Assembly (NCBI RefSeq): GCF_000485595.1 | Contig: NW_014577071.1 | Span: 548,551 to 612,550 of the forward strand | Direction of reading: 5' to 3' | Length of the DNA stretch: 64,000 bases | Origin: Priapulus caudatus | Lineage: Eukaryota | Shown: positions 27,685 through 40,698 of the stretch, one piece after another | Layout of the letters: every line of letters begins with the position of its first letter | Numbering within the stretch: position 1 is the stretch's first letter | Notes under the pieces: model-generated | The model's database searches: none | Seen by the model: only the letters and a program-made list of their open reading frames with translations | Told to the model about the DNA's origin: nothing | Made by a program: the position numbers and the translations under genes

Positions 27685-30600
27685 CACACAGCCACACACC
27701 ACACAGCACAGACAGACACACACAGCACACAACACACACACACGCACACCACATACACCGCGCAAACACACACATGCAACGCGCGCACACACACACACCA
27801 CACACACACGTGCGCGCGCAGAATGCACGCACGCACGGCACGCACGCACGCACACACAACACCACACACAACACACACACACACACACAGTCAACACCAT
27901 ATATATATATGTATATACATTATAGCACACCGTCCTAAGATTACAAAGGCTGGATATCGATAACGTTGTGCCACTTGGTCGGCAGTCCCATCTAGATAGA
28001 TATCCGCAAAGTAAATCAGGCTTATTCGACAGGCGCATCCTCGATCGCAGTGTGTGGCCGCCCATACGGATATTAAATTACCATAATTACATGAGGTGGA
28101 ACAGTAAATTAATGTGTGAGCAGCGCATGGCGGGCGGGCATGGTGAGGTTTCATAACTGCGGCGCCGTACAGTCATTATAGGCAGAACGCTATATAATGT
28201 GATTAATAGTGCATGGTCGTATAGGAGTATAACCGCGAATCGACTAGAACGCCACCATTGCGGACAGCGGCGAGCAGCAGCAGTAAAAAAACCCAATCAA
28301 ATGGCAGCAGCACAAGCAACAGCAACAGTAACAGCACAGCAACAGCAAACAGGCAGCAGCAGCAGCAACAGCAGCAGAAAAACAACAAAGGCAGCTGCAA
28401 CAACAACAACAACAGCAGCAGCAGCAACGGGCAGCATGCAGTAGCAGCAGCAGAAGGAAGCAATAGTAAAAGCGGCAGGCAATAGCAATAGCAGTAGCAG
28501 CTAGTAGCAGTAGCAGTAGCAGTAGGCAGTAGCAGTAGCATAGGCAGTAGCAAGTAGCAGTAGTAGTATCAGCATTATGGTAAGGCAGTAGCAGTAGCAG
28601 TAGCAGTAGGCAGTAGCAAGTAGCAGTAAGCAGTAAGCAGTAGCAGTACAGTAGTAGCAGTAGCAGTATGCAGTCAGCTTAGCAGCTACAGTAGCATAGG
28701 CAGTAGCAACGTAGCAGTAACATGTAGGGCAAGTAGCAGTAGCAGCAGTACAGTATAGTATCAGCAAGTAGCAGTAGCAGTAACAGTAGGCCAGGGCAGC
28801 AGTAGGCAGTAGCAGTAAGCAGCAGTAGCAGTAGTAGTATCAGTAACGTAGCAGCATGTAGTATCAGCAACAGAAGAAACAGCAGTCAACAAAACGGCAC
28901 AGGAGCAGCGGGCAGCAGCAGCAGCGGCAACAGCAGCAACGGCAGCAGCGCAGCAGCGGCAAGGACAGCTGGCAGGGGCGGCGGCACAGTAGCAGCAACA
29001 ACTGTCATCGAGTGTATCTGTGGCTAGTTCAGTTTAAAGTAAGTGAAAGCATTAATAATTACCTACGGCACGCCATCAANNNNNNNNNNNNNNNNNNNNN
29101 NNNNNNNNNNNNNNNNNNNNNNNNNNNNNNNNNNNNNNNNNNNNNNNNNNNNNNNNNNNNNNNNNNNNNNNNNNNNNNNNNNNNNNNNNNNNNNNNNNNN
29201 NNNNNNNNNNNNNNNNNNNNNNNNNNNNNNNNNNNNNNNNNNNNNNNNNNNNNNNNNNNNNNNNNNNNNNNNNNNNNNNNNNNNNNNNNNNNNNNNNNNN
29301 NNNNNNNNNNNNNNNNNNNNNNNNNNNNNNNNNNNNNNNNNNNNNNNNNNNNNNNNNNNNNNNNNNNNNNNNNNNNNNNNNNNNNNNNNNNNNNNNNNNN
29401 NNNNNNNNNNNNNNNNNNNNNNNNNNNNNNNNNNNNNNNNNNNNNNNNNNNNNNNNNNNNNNNNNNNNNNNNNNNNNNNNNNNNNNNNNNNNNNNNNNNN
29501 NNNNNNNNNNNNNNNNNNNNNNNNNNNNNNNNNNNNNNNNNNGACATAGGATGAGAGATCGAGAGGAGAGTGGAGTGATGGAGAGATGTACTTGTCATGT
29601 GTATGGATAGTGCGATGGATGGATGAGATGATGGAGCCAACTGGCGAATGGGGATGGGATGGATGGGACTGGTAAGGATGGATGGATGGATGGATGGTGG
29701 ATGGATGGATGGATGGATGGATGGATGGATGGGATGGATGGATGGATGGTATGGATGGCATGGATGGTTGGAATGAATAATTATATAAATAGATGGATAG
29801 ATTGATTATGATAGATTAAATAGATAAATGAGATAGATTAGATAGAATAGATAGATAGGTAGATAGATAGATCAGGACAGACAAGATAGATAGATAGTCG
29901 AGAAGAGACGAGAGAAAGAAGAAGCATGAGCGAGATGGAAGAGAAGCGATGAGAGCGAGAGCGCTAGAGAAAGAGAGAGAGAGAGATGAGAGAGAGAGGA
30001 GAGAGAGAGAGAGGAGAGAGAAGAGAGAGCGAGAGAGGAGAGGAGGAGAGAAGAGAGAGAGAGAGAGAAAGAGAAAGAGAAAGAGAGAGAGACGAGAGCA
30101 GGAGATGAGAGAGAGAGAGAAAGAAAGCGAGAGGCCGAGCAAGAGAATATATATATAGTGATTAAATAGTATATATATAATATATATATATAAAATATAT
30201 ATTTATATATATAGAAGGGGTTGGTCGACGAGGACGGAACTCTTACGTTTCAATACTCAAACGGCTATCTTATAGAAAGTGCTATTGATTTCTTATCTCT
30301 ATCTATATTATCTCTCCCCTCGCAGATATGGCGATTGTTCGCACTGACCCTATCTCTACTAAATATTGGTTTTAAAGTCAATCGCTCTAATTACATTCCG
30401 TGCGCAATATCCGAATGGCGCGAAACATAACTGTCGTATAGAATCTTCTTCTTACATGACCCATGAGGCCATGTGACATCTGGCTCTCTACTAAAATAGT
30501 ATATAATTACTCAGTAGATGACCGTAAAATTGACAATAACCGGACGATTCAATGACCCGAGTTTGCTACGGCCCCGTTCGCTTCATTCACTATATCTCGC

Positions 30601-31620
30601 AACTCAACTCAAATACGAATGGTAATGGTAAATGGTTAGATGGTCGGGGGGGGGATCGATCATTATTGTACAGAAGTAGAATATGTCAACCACGGTCAGA
30701 CGGGTATAGGCATCTCGACAGTCTGAGCAACGCATTATTCAGCGATGGAATTTAAAATTATAATTAAAATTAAAACGGGGGATGTTTTCCTGATTTTTCT
30801 AGACGTTCAAGTTACGTTAGAATTTTAATCAAACAGCTTATACCTGAGAATTGCGCTGATGATTCCTTCTCTTTGCCCCAAATCACATCGAATAAAACAC
30901 GGGTCTTTGCTCCAAAAAATTCATCCCATCGGCTAAAAAATTTCTTGCACTGAAAATCATGTGTGATAACAAGTGAATAATGGATTCCGTTTATAATGGG
31001 AAAGAGATTTTACGTTAAAGAGATTGTGCATACAAATTGATTATGATCGCCATGAGTAGTTAGGCAGGCAAACACAACTCTGTGCTTGAAAAATTTGCAT
31101 ATGCATGAATACGGTTAAGTTTAATCACAATTTAGCAGTCGCTACAGTCAGTTTCATGGTATTTGCATCGTGAAAAAAAAATAAAGGTTAAGCAAATAAA
31201 TACCTTGCATTATTTCACTCCCTGGATCTAAAGCGTTTTTTTAACCGCTGAATCTATAATACTTAATTACTTATTCATAAGTACGTGATAATGTGATTGC
31301 TGACTTAAAAATTAATAAAAAGCAAGCGATTTCGTTCCTAAATATATTATAATATTAACAAAAGATTTCAGCGCGTCTATTTCTCAATTATTAACCGCGT
31401 TTGCCAATGGAATTGCAGTAAAACTGTAAACACATCGACGGCCATACGCGATGTGCAGAACCTGCAACTATAGCGAAAACAACGAAATTCTCGTCCCTCT
31501 TAAAAAAAAATTCTCGTCCGTTTTCCTGGAATCATAAATATCACTCACTCCGTTAGACTTTTCTCCCCAAATCTCGCACCGGGAAGGGAGGAGGGGGTAA
31601 GGGGGCATACGCATAGTAAC

Positions 31621-31982
31621 ATCAGCGGTGTATAATATAGACATCTATTTTATACACATAGACAGACATATAATACAGACATCTATTTTATACACATAGA
31701 CAGACATATAATACAGACATCTATTTTATACACATAGACAGACATATAATATAGACATCTATTTTATACACATAGACAGACATATAATATAGACACCTAT
31801 TTTATACACATAGACAGACATATAATATAGACACCTATTTTATACACATAGACAGCCATATAATATAAACATCTATTTTATACACATAGACAGACATGTA
31901 ATATAGAGTCCATAATAGAAAATTATTGGACTCTTGGACCATTATGGACTCTTGACATAATATAGACATCTATGTTATACAT
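31621..31982. repeat. 38-bp minisatellite (TATAATATAGACATCTATTTTATACACATAGACAGACA)n inside a family-C-like element
   Basis: About 7 units at 31631-31907; starts ATCAGCGGTGTATAATATAGAC, resembling the family C TIR. Confidence 0.8.
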
Positions 31983-32033
31983 ATCGCACAAAGCTACCCC
32001 TTCACGTCATCTCTCTTCCATCGTTTGACGCAG

Positions 32034-32266
32034 GACTACACGCTGACGCTGTACCTGACGCAATATTGGGTGGATTCTCGTCTGCGATACGAAGACTTCT
32101 ACGACGCTCCGGGCGACTTCATGACGCTTCCTGGAGACTTCGCCGAACGCATCTGGGTGCCAGACACATTCTTTGCGAACGACAAGAACTCATTTCTGCA
32201 CGAGGTAACGGAGCAAAACAAGCGCGTACGACTCTACGGCAATGGATCCATCGAATACGGAATGAG
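32034..32266 (+). CDS. Lcch3: LCCH3-like subunit exon (233 bp; loops D, A, E)
   Basis: cgcAG|GACTAC...ATGAG|GTGCGT; DYTLTLYLTQYWVDSRLRY...IWVPDTFFANDKNSFLHEVTEQNKRVRLYGNGSIEYGMR. Confidence 0.96.
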
Positions 32267-34039
32267 GTGCGTATATATAGATTATAGTGCGTATATAGAT
32301 AGACATGGGTATAGTACGCGCGCGCTCTCTCTCGCACTGTCTCTCTCTCTTTTTCTATTTTCTTTCTTTCCACTCGCTCTCTATCTGTCTATATCTCTCT
32401 TTTGCGCTTTCTCACTGTCACTCTTTCTCTTTCTGTTACTTTTTCTCGTTTTTTACCTCCTCTCGCTCTCTCTCCCGCTCTTTTTATTCTACTCGCTCCC
32501 CGCCCCTTTTATTCCACTCTCTCGTGCACTCTATTTCTTTTTCTCCGCACCACTCAGCTCTCCTTCTCTCTCGCCGCCCCTTTAATTATCTCCGTGTCTC
32601 TTTTCTCTCCCTTTCTCCCTCTGTGTGTGTGCGTGCGTGCGTGCGTGCGCGGTCGCGTGTCCGTGTGTTAGTGCGAGTGCGTGTACGTGTGATCGAGTGT
32701 TTATATGTATGTACGCACGTACTGTATATTATCTTGTACGTATCATGATGTATTTCTCATGCACGTATCTCTACGTATCTCTAGCTCACTCATAACCGTC
32801 TACCCGGGTCCGCATTTACGCTTTCCCTTTAGTCATTGAGGCACGTCGTTTTATGAATAGGCTGGTTACCTAAATTATTGGCTATTGACAATCCGGTGAC
32901 CGGCGACGACACTATATAATAATCCTCACAGCATCACCGCATCTGTGTTGTGCGTGTGCTCGCGAATGAAGCTCAGGCGTGTTACGCCCCGGCCGCGCGG
33001 ACTGCTATGCGAAATCACGGCAAGCGTGTGCTGTACATCCCAATGTTTGCCCTGAAGCCCTCGTCCCATCATGCAAGAGGAATCCGCGTTATGCGGCATC
33101 CGCTGCAAGCAGGCGAGACCGGAGGATCTCCGCTGGGCTCGCGAATCCTGGACGATGCTGCTAACAGTAGCAGCTTGACGCTGCGAACAGAAGCGGCTGC
33201 GTTAGCGCGTGACATCTGATGGCATATTGATTGATAATTTGGTAGCGCTGATTAGTGACGCAGAGTTTAGCACGCCTCGCGTGAGATGGCGAATCTCGGT
33301 AAGGCGCGAGGGAAGCATCGGTGGTGGACGTGCCTGGCATAACAACCGCGAACAGATGGCGGGTGCTGCGTGATTGTATCATCGTACTGCGAACACAGAG
33401 TAAACATCACTGGATAACCCCGCTCACAGCAGCGCTACGTTATTTACTCCAGGCGTACGCAGTAAATATCCAATAAACCAAATTGGTTTGGGGGAGTCAT
33501 TCTCTTTGCGGGGAAAAAAAGTTTCTTCGTTGTTTTTTTCTTCGACTAACTTGAATATTTAATTTACGGTAGAGTCCAAGGGGGGATTCTTATTAATTTA
33601 CAATCGTCACCACTCTTTCTTCATCGCTCGTTTGGCTAGCCACCGAAGCAATTTCGTGGCAATCATACTTCATATATATTTCTTCTTCGTCTGCCTAATG
33701 AACGAAATGGTAGCACATCTAGAATCTTAACGCATTACCGTCCTTTATAGGACTTTTTTTCGTTTTATAGTGTTTTTTTTTACGATTTAAGACGCTGGTT
33801 TATTTGATTTTCTCTTCACAACGTAACGTAAACCCTCAAAACTCCGTCAGTCGTAGTTGTCACTGCAAGCGCTACACAAACAGGAGAAGGGATAAACGTA
33901 TGAGTAATGAGGAGTATATTCAGACGCATGATTTATAGTGCGTTGTAAAGGTTTTCATGTAACTATGAAATATGGCCCTACTATACATACTCACACGTAT
34001 CCATTGATTTTACGTGCTCGCGTGTACATGTATGCATAT

Positions 34040-34145
34040 ATATGCATGTATGTATGTATGTATGTATGTATGTATGTATGTATGATATAATGTATGTATG
34101 TATCGTATGATGGTATGTATGTATGTATGTATGTATGTATGTATG

Positions 34146-34176
<31 letters not shown>

Positions 34177-34470
34177 TTTGTATGAGTATGTATGTAATGT
34201 ATGTATTTGTATGTATGGTATGTAATGATGTATGTATGTATGTATGTGCTATGTATGTATGATTTATGTATGTATGTAGTGTATGTATGTATGTATGTAT
34301 GTATGTAGTTGTAATGTATGTATGGTATGTGTTATGTTGTAGTATGTATGTATGTATGTATGTATTATGTAATGTCATGTATGTATGTATGTATGATGTA
34401 TGTATGTATGTATGTATTGTAATGTATGTAGTATGTATGTATGTATGTATGTAATGTATGTATGTATAGG
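34040..34470. repeat. (TATG)n microsatellite, degenerate
   Basis: Read directly. Confidence 0.95.
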
Positions 34471-35174
34471 AATGAAGATAGAGAGATATGAGAGATATGA
34501 TGGAGTGATAGTATGTATGTATGCATGCATGCATGCAATGCATGCATGCGAGTGAGAGGACGAGCATTAGATGTAGAGGGTAAGTGGAGGGTAGGATATG
34601 GATGTAATGTATGTATGTATGTAGTATGTATGTATGGTATGTAGGATGAGTGGACATATAGCTGTCATGCAAGGATGCTTGTGGCTGGTGAGAGAAACGT
34701 GGTAAGAGAGAGGTGAAAGACTAGGGGTGTTAAGCGAGGACGGCAAAGGGAGGATGTCACTGAGAGTGCGAGGAAGAGTATGGAAGAAGAAGCGGAGAGA
34801 GAGAGAAAAAAAAAAAAGAGAAAAAGAGAAAGAGAAAGAAAATTTCGCCGCCCCACACGGCCGCCCCCCCTCCCTTACAAATTTAAGGAAATTTTTAGAC
34901 AGTGTTTAGGTGAAGAGGATATGATAATGCGGGAGAAGTGGTATTAATAGAGAGAGAGGCAGAGTAAGAGGAGAGTGTCGAAACGAAGAATGAGAGAAAG
35001 GCGATAGTATTGTAGGTAGTCGCACTGGTACGAGAGGAGAGCAAGGGTAGAAACCGACTTTTCGTACCTGTGTACCGTTTGAGGATAATGTATGATTGAA
35101 GGGGAGAGAAGAGAGAGAGGAGAGGAGAGGAGAGAAGAAAGGAGAGAGAGGAGAAGGGGAAGGGGGGAGGGAGG

Positions 35175-35217
<43 letters not shown>

Positions 35218-35392
35218 AGAAAGAGGAGCGAGAGAGAGAGAAAAGAAAGAGAGCGAAGAGAGAGAGAGAAAGAGCGAGGAGGAGAGTGAGTGGAGAGAGA
35301 GGAGAGAGCGAGAGCGAGAGAAAGATGCGAGAGAGAGAGATGAAAGAGCGAGAGAGAGCGGAGGAGAGAGAGAGAGAGAAGAAGAGAAAGAG

Positions 35393-35424
<32 letters not shown>

Positions 35425-38400
35425 AGAGAGCGGAGAGAGAGAGAAGAGGAGGAGGAAGAGGCGAGAAGGAGAAGGAGAGAGAGAGAGAGCGGGCAGCGAG
35501 AAGCCGGGGAGGAGAGAGCGGAGAGAAGTGCAAAACCGGCAGAAGGGAGAGACGAGATTTATAGTATCGTACCTGTATATAACATGAAGGCACCATGAAG
35601 GTGGGTGAGTTAGATACACCATCGCAGAATTAGAGCCCTGCTGACTCGACATAAATAACCACAATAGGTTGGAGCGCAATTAAAACGCTTGCGTGAGCAA
35701 AAACTGGCGATCCTCGTTCTTTCGGCGGTTGAGTCTATACACGTGCGCGGTGTAATCTTAGATATTCTCGTGGAACTAGTCCTCCCCCACCGCTCTGAAG
35801 GTCGATGCCGACTATTTCTGACGTGCGTAGCTAGCGAGGAATATCTGCATCTGTATCTCATCACGCTGAGCAGACAGGTCTAACGTTTGCTGTTGGGTTG
35901 GGTGACGTGGGGAGCACTCAGAGCGGAAATTATGTTCAGAGCCGAGTTAAGTGCCGGCGTATTTAATAATTAGTTTTTGCTACCGATAGGCATAGCAAAT
36001 GATTTTGATTGTGACGATTTTTTTTTAAATTAACTGCGCACGCGCGCCGTTTTTAGCTTGAAGTCTTTAACTACGCTTACCAGTGAAAAAATCAACGGCA
36101 GTAAATCCGCGGGGGGGGGCGTATAGGAAGCAAGTATGCGTTCAACGTTTGTAAAACAATACCGGGGTCACACGCTTTTCTTTAAATTCTAACTGATTAT
36201 AAAGTTTATGTAACAAAACACGATAAAAGTAACTCATCTCATTCTCCATTTCCCGTCACCTTGGTTTATTCGCCATATTGTTCACCTTTGCATAACTGCT
36301 TCACGACGTTATGTTAGAGTCGCTATCTATTCTATTTTTTTATCCTCTGCCGCGCCTCCTGATTCAACGTAAGGTTTTAAATCAGACGCCTGTAGTTCTA
36401 GACTAACCTTACGTGAGACACTGAACTTTGATTGAAAACCGAAAGTAGCAACGTCGCAAGTGGTTTGGTACTATTGCCACCCTCTAATCTGTTTGGCTGA
36501 GAATACACTGTTCTGTTCACCATAGTCTTCCCTCTTTTGCGATCCATCTCAGAGTAGGTGCCGTCCTGCCGTAGTTACGGTTAGCGCTGGTTGTATATCA
36601 TTTATGCGAGAGAGGCCAACCGGATCCACGCATGTTATCTTTGATCTTTTCCCCTCTGTCGGGCGAACTTCTCTTCTATGGATGCCAGTCGCTACATCTC
36701 AGTCACTTTGGGACCCATCTTTCACATATCATTCATTACACTTGCATCACTTCCTACCTGGAGGAAAATAAGCAATTAAAATAAAAATTGCTTCGCCTAT
36801 CCCAGTCTGCACTCGTCGCAAACCGTTTTGACGGCGCGACCTCAAGTATTAACTACTAGCATGCAGAGTTGATCATGTTTGATGTATTACTCGTTTTTAG
36901 CCTGTTGATATGAGAGAGTGTGAACGTCATTGTAACGACCACGATGTTCCTCTTGTGTGTTGCTTATCGACCTGATTAAGCACATTCCGATAGCTCGTTC
37001 TCGTCAATACTTTTTTGTATAACTTTTTATCTCCTCCACCCCTTCGTCTTCTCGCCCTACTTCTCTTGTTTCCATGTAAATATCATGATCTTCTCCCTTT
37101 GCTCTTTACGAGCGCAGATTATGTGTCGATCACGCAGGATCCCAGCGCTTGTTGGTTCCATGCATGTCTCTCAGGGTCTCCCCAGGATGAAATTAAACAG
37201 GGGGGGGGGGCAGGGTGGGGGGAGGGAAGGGGAAGGGAGGAAACTAAAGCCGGGGTGGGGGGGGGAAGAAAAAGGGCTGCTCTGTCCATGGGCGTGTCTA
37301 ACAATGTTTTCTCATTTTTCTTCTAAACCTTCGATATCATCAACAATCGCTGTCCGAACGTACAGTTAGTTTTTAGGGCGCGAAACACACATCATAAACC
37401 GATGCGCATGACTCGCGGGTTATGTGTGTATGTAGAACACGTAGCGAACAGGCCGTTAATGTGCATTGGACAATTAGACAAAAGATACAAAATAAAAATG
37501 TAACACTGGGGTCGGTATACGTGTGTAGTATGTAGTCGCCTTCCATAATTGACGCAAGATCGTGTGCTAGCGACATCAGAGAGATATGACGTGGTTCATC
37601 AGTGCTTTGTGTCGCGAAATGCTCGAAGTTAACCGGGAATTGATGTATGCTACAAGGGCGCGCAAATAGCTGGCATTAGGGAAGTGGTGGTTGAAATCCG
37701 GGAACTGTGGCTTCTTCATAACGTTAGGCTCCTTGTCGTGGAAATAAGTAGCATCAGGTCCAGATTCGTGATATATATATGTGTTCGTGAATGCTTGTCG
37801 TCTACTAAGCCCTGGTCGTCGTGTCATTATGTTTTGTCTATCAGAATCTCTTTTTTTCCACTTTTTTCATCTGCCTGAATCATCTTCGTCTTCCTCTCAA
37901 TATCTTTTTTTTGCTTGCTATATCGAACCAGATATTGTGTCGATCAATGGACTCTCTTCCGTCCACCGCAGTGGCTGTTGGTTCATTAATACCGTTCGTG
38001 CCGTTACTGTCTGTCCATAATCTAACAATCACATACCCGACTCCGTCCACAAATCGCTGTCCCCCATCAGTGTAATTTCTTCGTCTACTAAATCGATTTC
38101 CACTTTTATTCTTTAGTAATCGACCTACTACTCCACGTATATATAATATATATATATATGTGTGTGTGTTTGTGTGGTGTGCGTGCGTACGTGCGTGCGT
38201 GCGTGCGTGGCTACATGCGTACGTCGTACGTGCGATGCGGGTCGGGTGTGTAGTAGGCGCGTGCGGCGCGCGCGCGTGTGTGTGTGTGTATGTGTGATGG
38301 CGGTGTATGTGTGTGTGTGGTGTGTGTGTGTGTTGTGATGTGTGTGTGTGTGTGTTGTGGTGTGGTGTGTGTGTGCGTGTGCGCGCGCAGCGGTGTGTGG

Positions 38401-39199
38401 TGTGTGTATATAAACGAGGTGGCAGTAATAGTTAAACAACACCAATGATTGCGAATTTATAAAATGGTCGTTCTCAATCTAATGTTGTTCGTTGCGTGGC
38501 ATCAAAGATGAGGCGCAAGCAGAATGAATTCTACCAATAAAGCGGTCGGCGTACCGCCGAGTGGGATCCTGAAGATAGGATACGATGCGTCCGTGTATCT
38601 TCCCCGCCGCTAAAGTCTATTGAACCTTTCAGCATTCACCGAGGATTTTCATGACACGAAATCATCGTCGCGTCTATAGTGGTTTATATTCAGCAACTTG
38701 CAGCCGCTTAAGGCGAAGAATAGCCGCCACCGTCGCCCTTATTGAATTGCATGCAGCGCCCTTCTTTGAGCGCGGTATCTTCTATGACAGCTCATAGTGA
38801 TTCTTTATCGATCGTAAAATTTTCCTCCCTTTTTTGCCGCGGTTTTGCATGTAAACCCGGGCAAGCGGTTTGCCAATCAAAACAACACTAACGGAGGAGG
38901 AGAACGCTTGTTGCACTCCGCCGTAAATAATGTATATGCCGTTACGCACGTCGGCAGGCAAGCATGCAGTAAAAGATACCGCCCTGTGTGAGCTAGCATG
39001 CACGTTAGTACGCCAGAGTTCACTCTACAAGCCCGATGGGATTGCCCCGAGAAATATATGCGCGCAAAGAATGTAGAAACTAACCCAAGGCGGATTTGGC
39101 TCGTGAGTGAAATCGTTAAGAAATTGCCTTCTTTTTTATATACGGACGATCGGGCTTCGGTCCCCGGTTTTGTTCGGCGGAGATTTCAATCGGTCTTGT

Positions 39200-39580
39200 T
39201 ACGGCGTGCCCCACCGGCCCGCCCCACCTCCGCCACCGCCGCTACAAGGCGCCGCCACCGCTACAGCCCTCACGGCCCGCCGCCACCAGCCGCCGCCACG
39301 GCCGCTACAGGGCGCTGCTGGCCACCGACAGCCGCCACAGCCGCCACCGCCGCCACCAGGCGAAAGCCGCCACCGCCAAGCCGCCCACCGCACCAGAGCC
39401 GGCTACAGGCGCCGTCCACCGACGCCGGCCACGGGATGCACCGCTACAGCCGCCACCCAGCACCAGCCCGCCACTGCCACGCCAGCTGCCACGAATAGCC
39501 GCGACCGCCCGCCTACGGGCCCGCCGCCGCCACCCACCTGCCGCAGTCGCCCCCACGCCGCCGCCGCCGCCCGTCACGAC
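39200..39580. repeat. GC-rich low-complexity repeat (CCGCCA / CCGCTACAG units)
   Basis: Recurring CCGCCACCGCCGCTACAG-like units; ORFs in all frames are low complexity. Confidence 0.75.
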
Positions 39581-40445
39581 ATGTCGTGCAGAGTTTCCCA
39601 ATTCGTTAGCAGCGCCTCATTTATTAAATCGGAAATTTGCGCTCGCTTGTAATTCGCTCTCGGTTCGTGGTGGTGGCGCGTGTGTGTTTTTGTCCCTTAG
39701 GAACAAGCATGCATGTTTCTCCCAGCAGCATCGCTCATTGCTACCACGAAATTTCGCGTTCGCGTTGGGGGAGATCACGTGACCGGGGGCCGTTCTCGCG
39801 GGACCTCGCGGTATCGCGCGATCGCGATGGTGCGTGCGATTCGCTCGCCTATATTAATGTTTATACGTGGGAAAAGGGAGATGTCTCTGCGGCACTATGC
39901 GCTTCCTTGCGAGAGATCTAGAGCAACATCGGTGCGCGCGTGTTTACGGGAGCGGTGCTGACCAATCTTAAACTTGAACTTAGTTGCGCATGCACGTTCT
40001 GTAGGCTTGCTCGCACGCACACACGCATAAGCACGCACGCACGCACGTACACATAAGCACGCGCGTATGCACGCACGAGCACGAACGTATGTACGCACGC
40101 ACGAAGGCACGCACGCATGAACAAGCATGAATACAAGCACGCACGCACGCACGTACAAGCCTTCATACTCGCACGCGCACGCACGGATGTACGCACACAT
40201 GCACACCCACGCACATGCTGTCAAGTGCGTATACGCAATACTAACTTGTCGTAGGTCACGTGAGTTCATTCACATCACGTTTAAGATTCACCAAAAGACG
40301 GTTGAAAACTGAGCGCGTACGTAGTGCCTACGGAACCTCTCTATACACGCAGCAAACTCAATTATCAAACAGTACTGCAGCACATAGCACACCAGCCTCC
40401 GCCGAGACTTACGTATACTACTGCCGAGATCTGTCGCACTGTACG

Positions 40446-40503
<58 letters not shown>

Positions 40504-40513
40504 NNNNNNNNNN

Positions 40514-40544
<31 letters not shown>

Positions 40545-40615
40545 ATATATATAATATGCAATCTGTGGCCCCCGCGCGTCCTGCATTAGAATAAATATTC
40601 CGCTTGTAATTGCAG

Positions 40616-40698
40616 GTTCACGACTACATTGGCGTGCATGATGGATCTACACAACTATCCGCTCGACACGCAGAACTGTACGGTGGAAATCGAAAGCT
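40616..40698 (+). CDS. Lcch3: LCCH3-like subunit exon (83 bp; Cys-loop)
   Basis: tgcAG|GTTCACG...AGCT|GTAAGT; (R)[27 protein letters not shown](Y) with the C-x13-C signature. Too short to appear in the ORF track. Confidence 0.96.

Larger units (their letters stand above)
19677..29079 (+). repeat. About 3.7-kb duplication (19677-23363 vs 25313-29079) with a 2-kb unique spacer
   Basis: Both copies start near ATGGAAGCACTAATTAAA, contain the 41/42-bp minisatellite and AGTAGC arrays, and end ...GCACGCCATCAA; the second copy stops at an N gap. Confidence 0.92.

Noticed and set aside
38998..39652. Pro/Ala-rich ORFs of 166-181 aa
   Set aside because: Low-complexity GC repeat in a noisy intronic segment; open in several frames because of composition.
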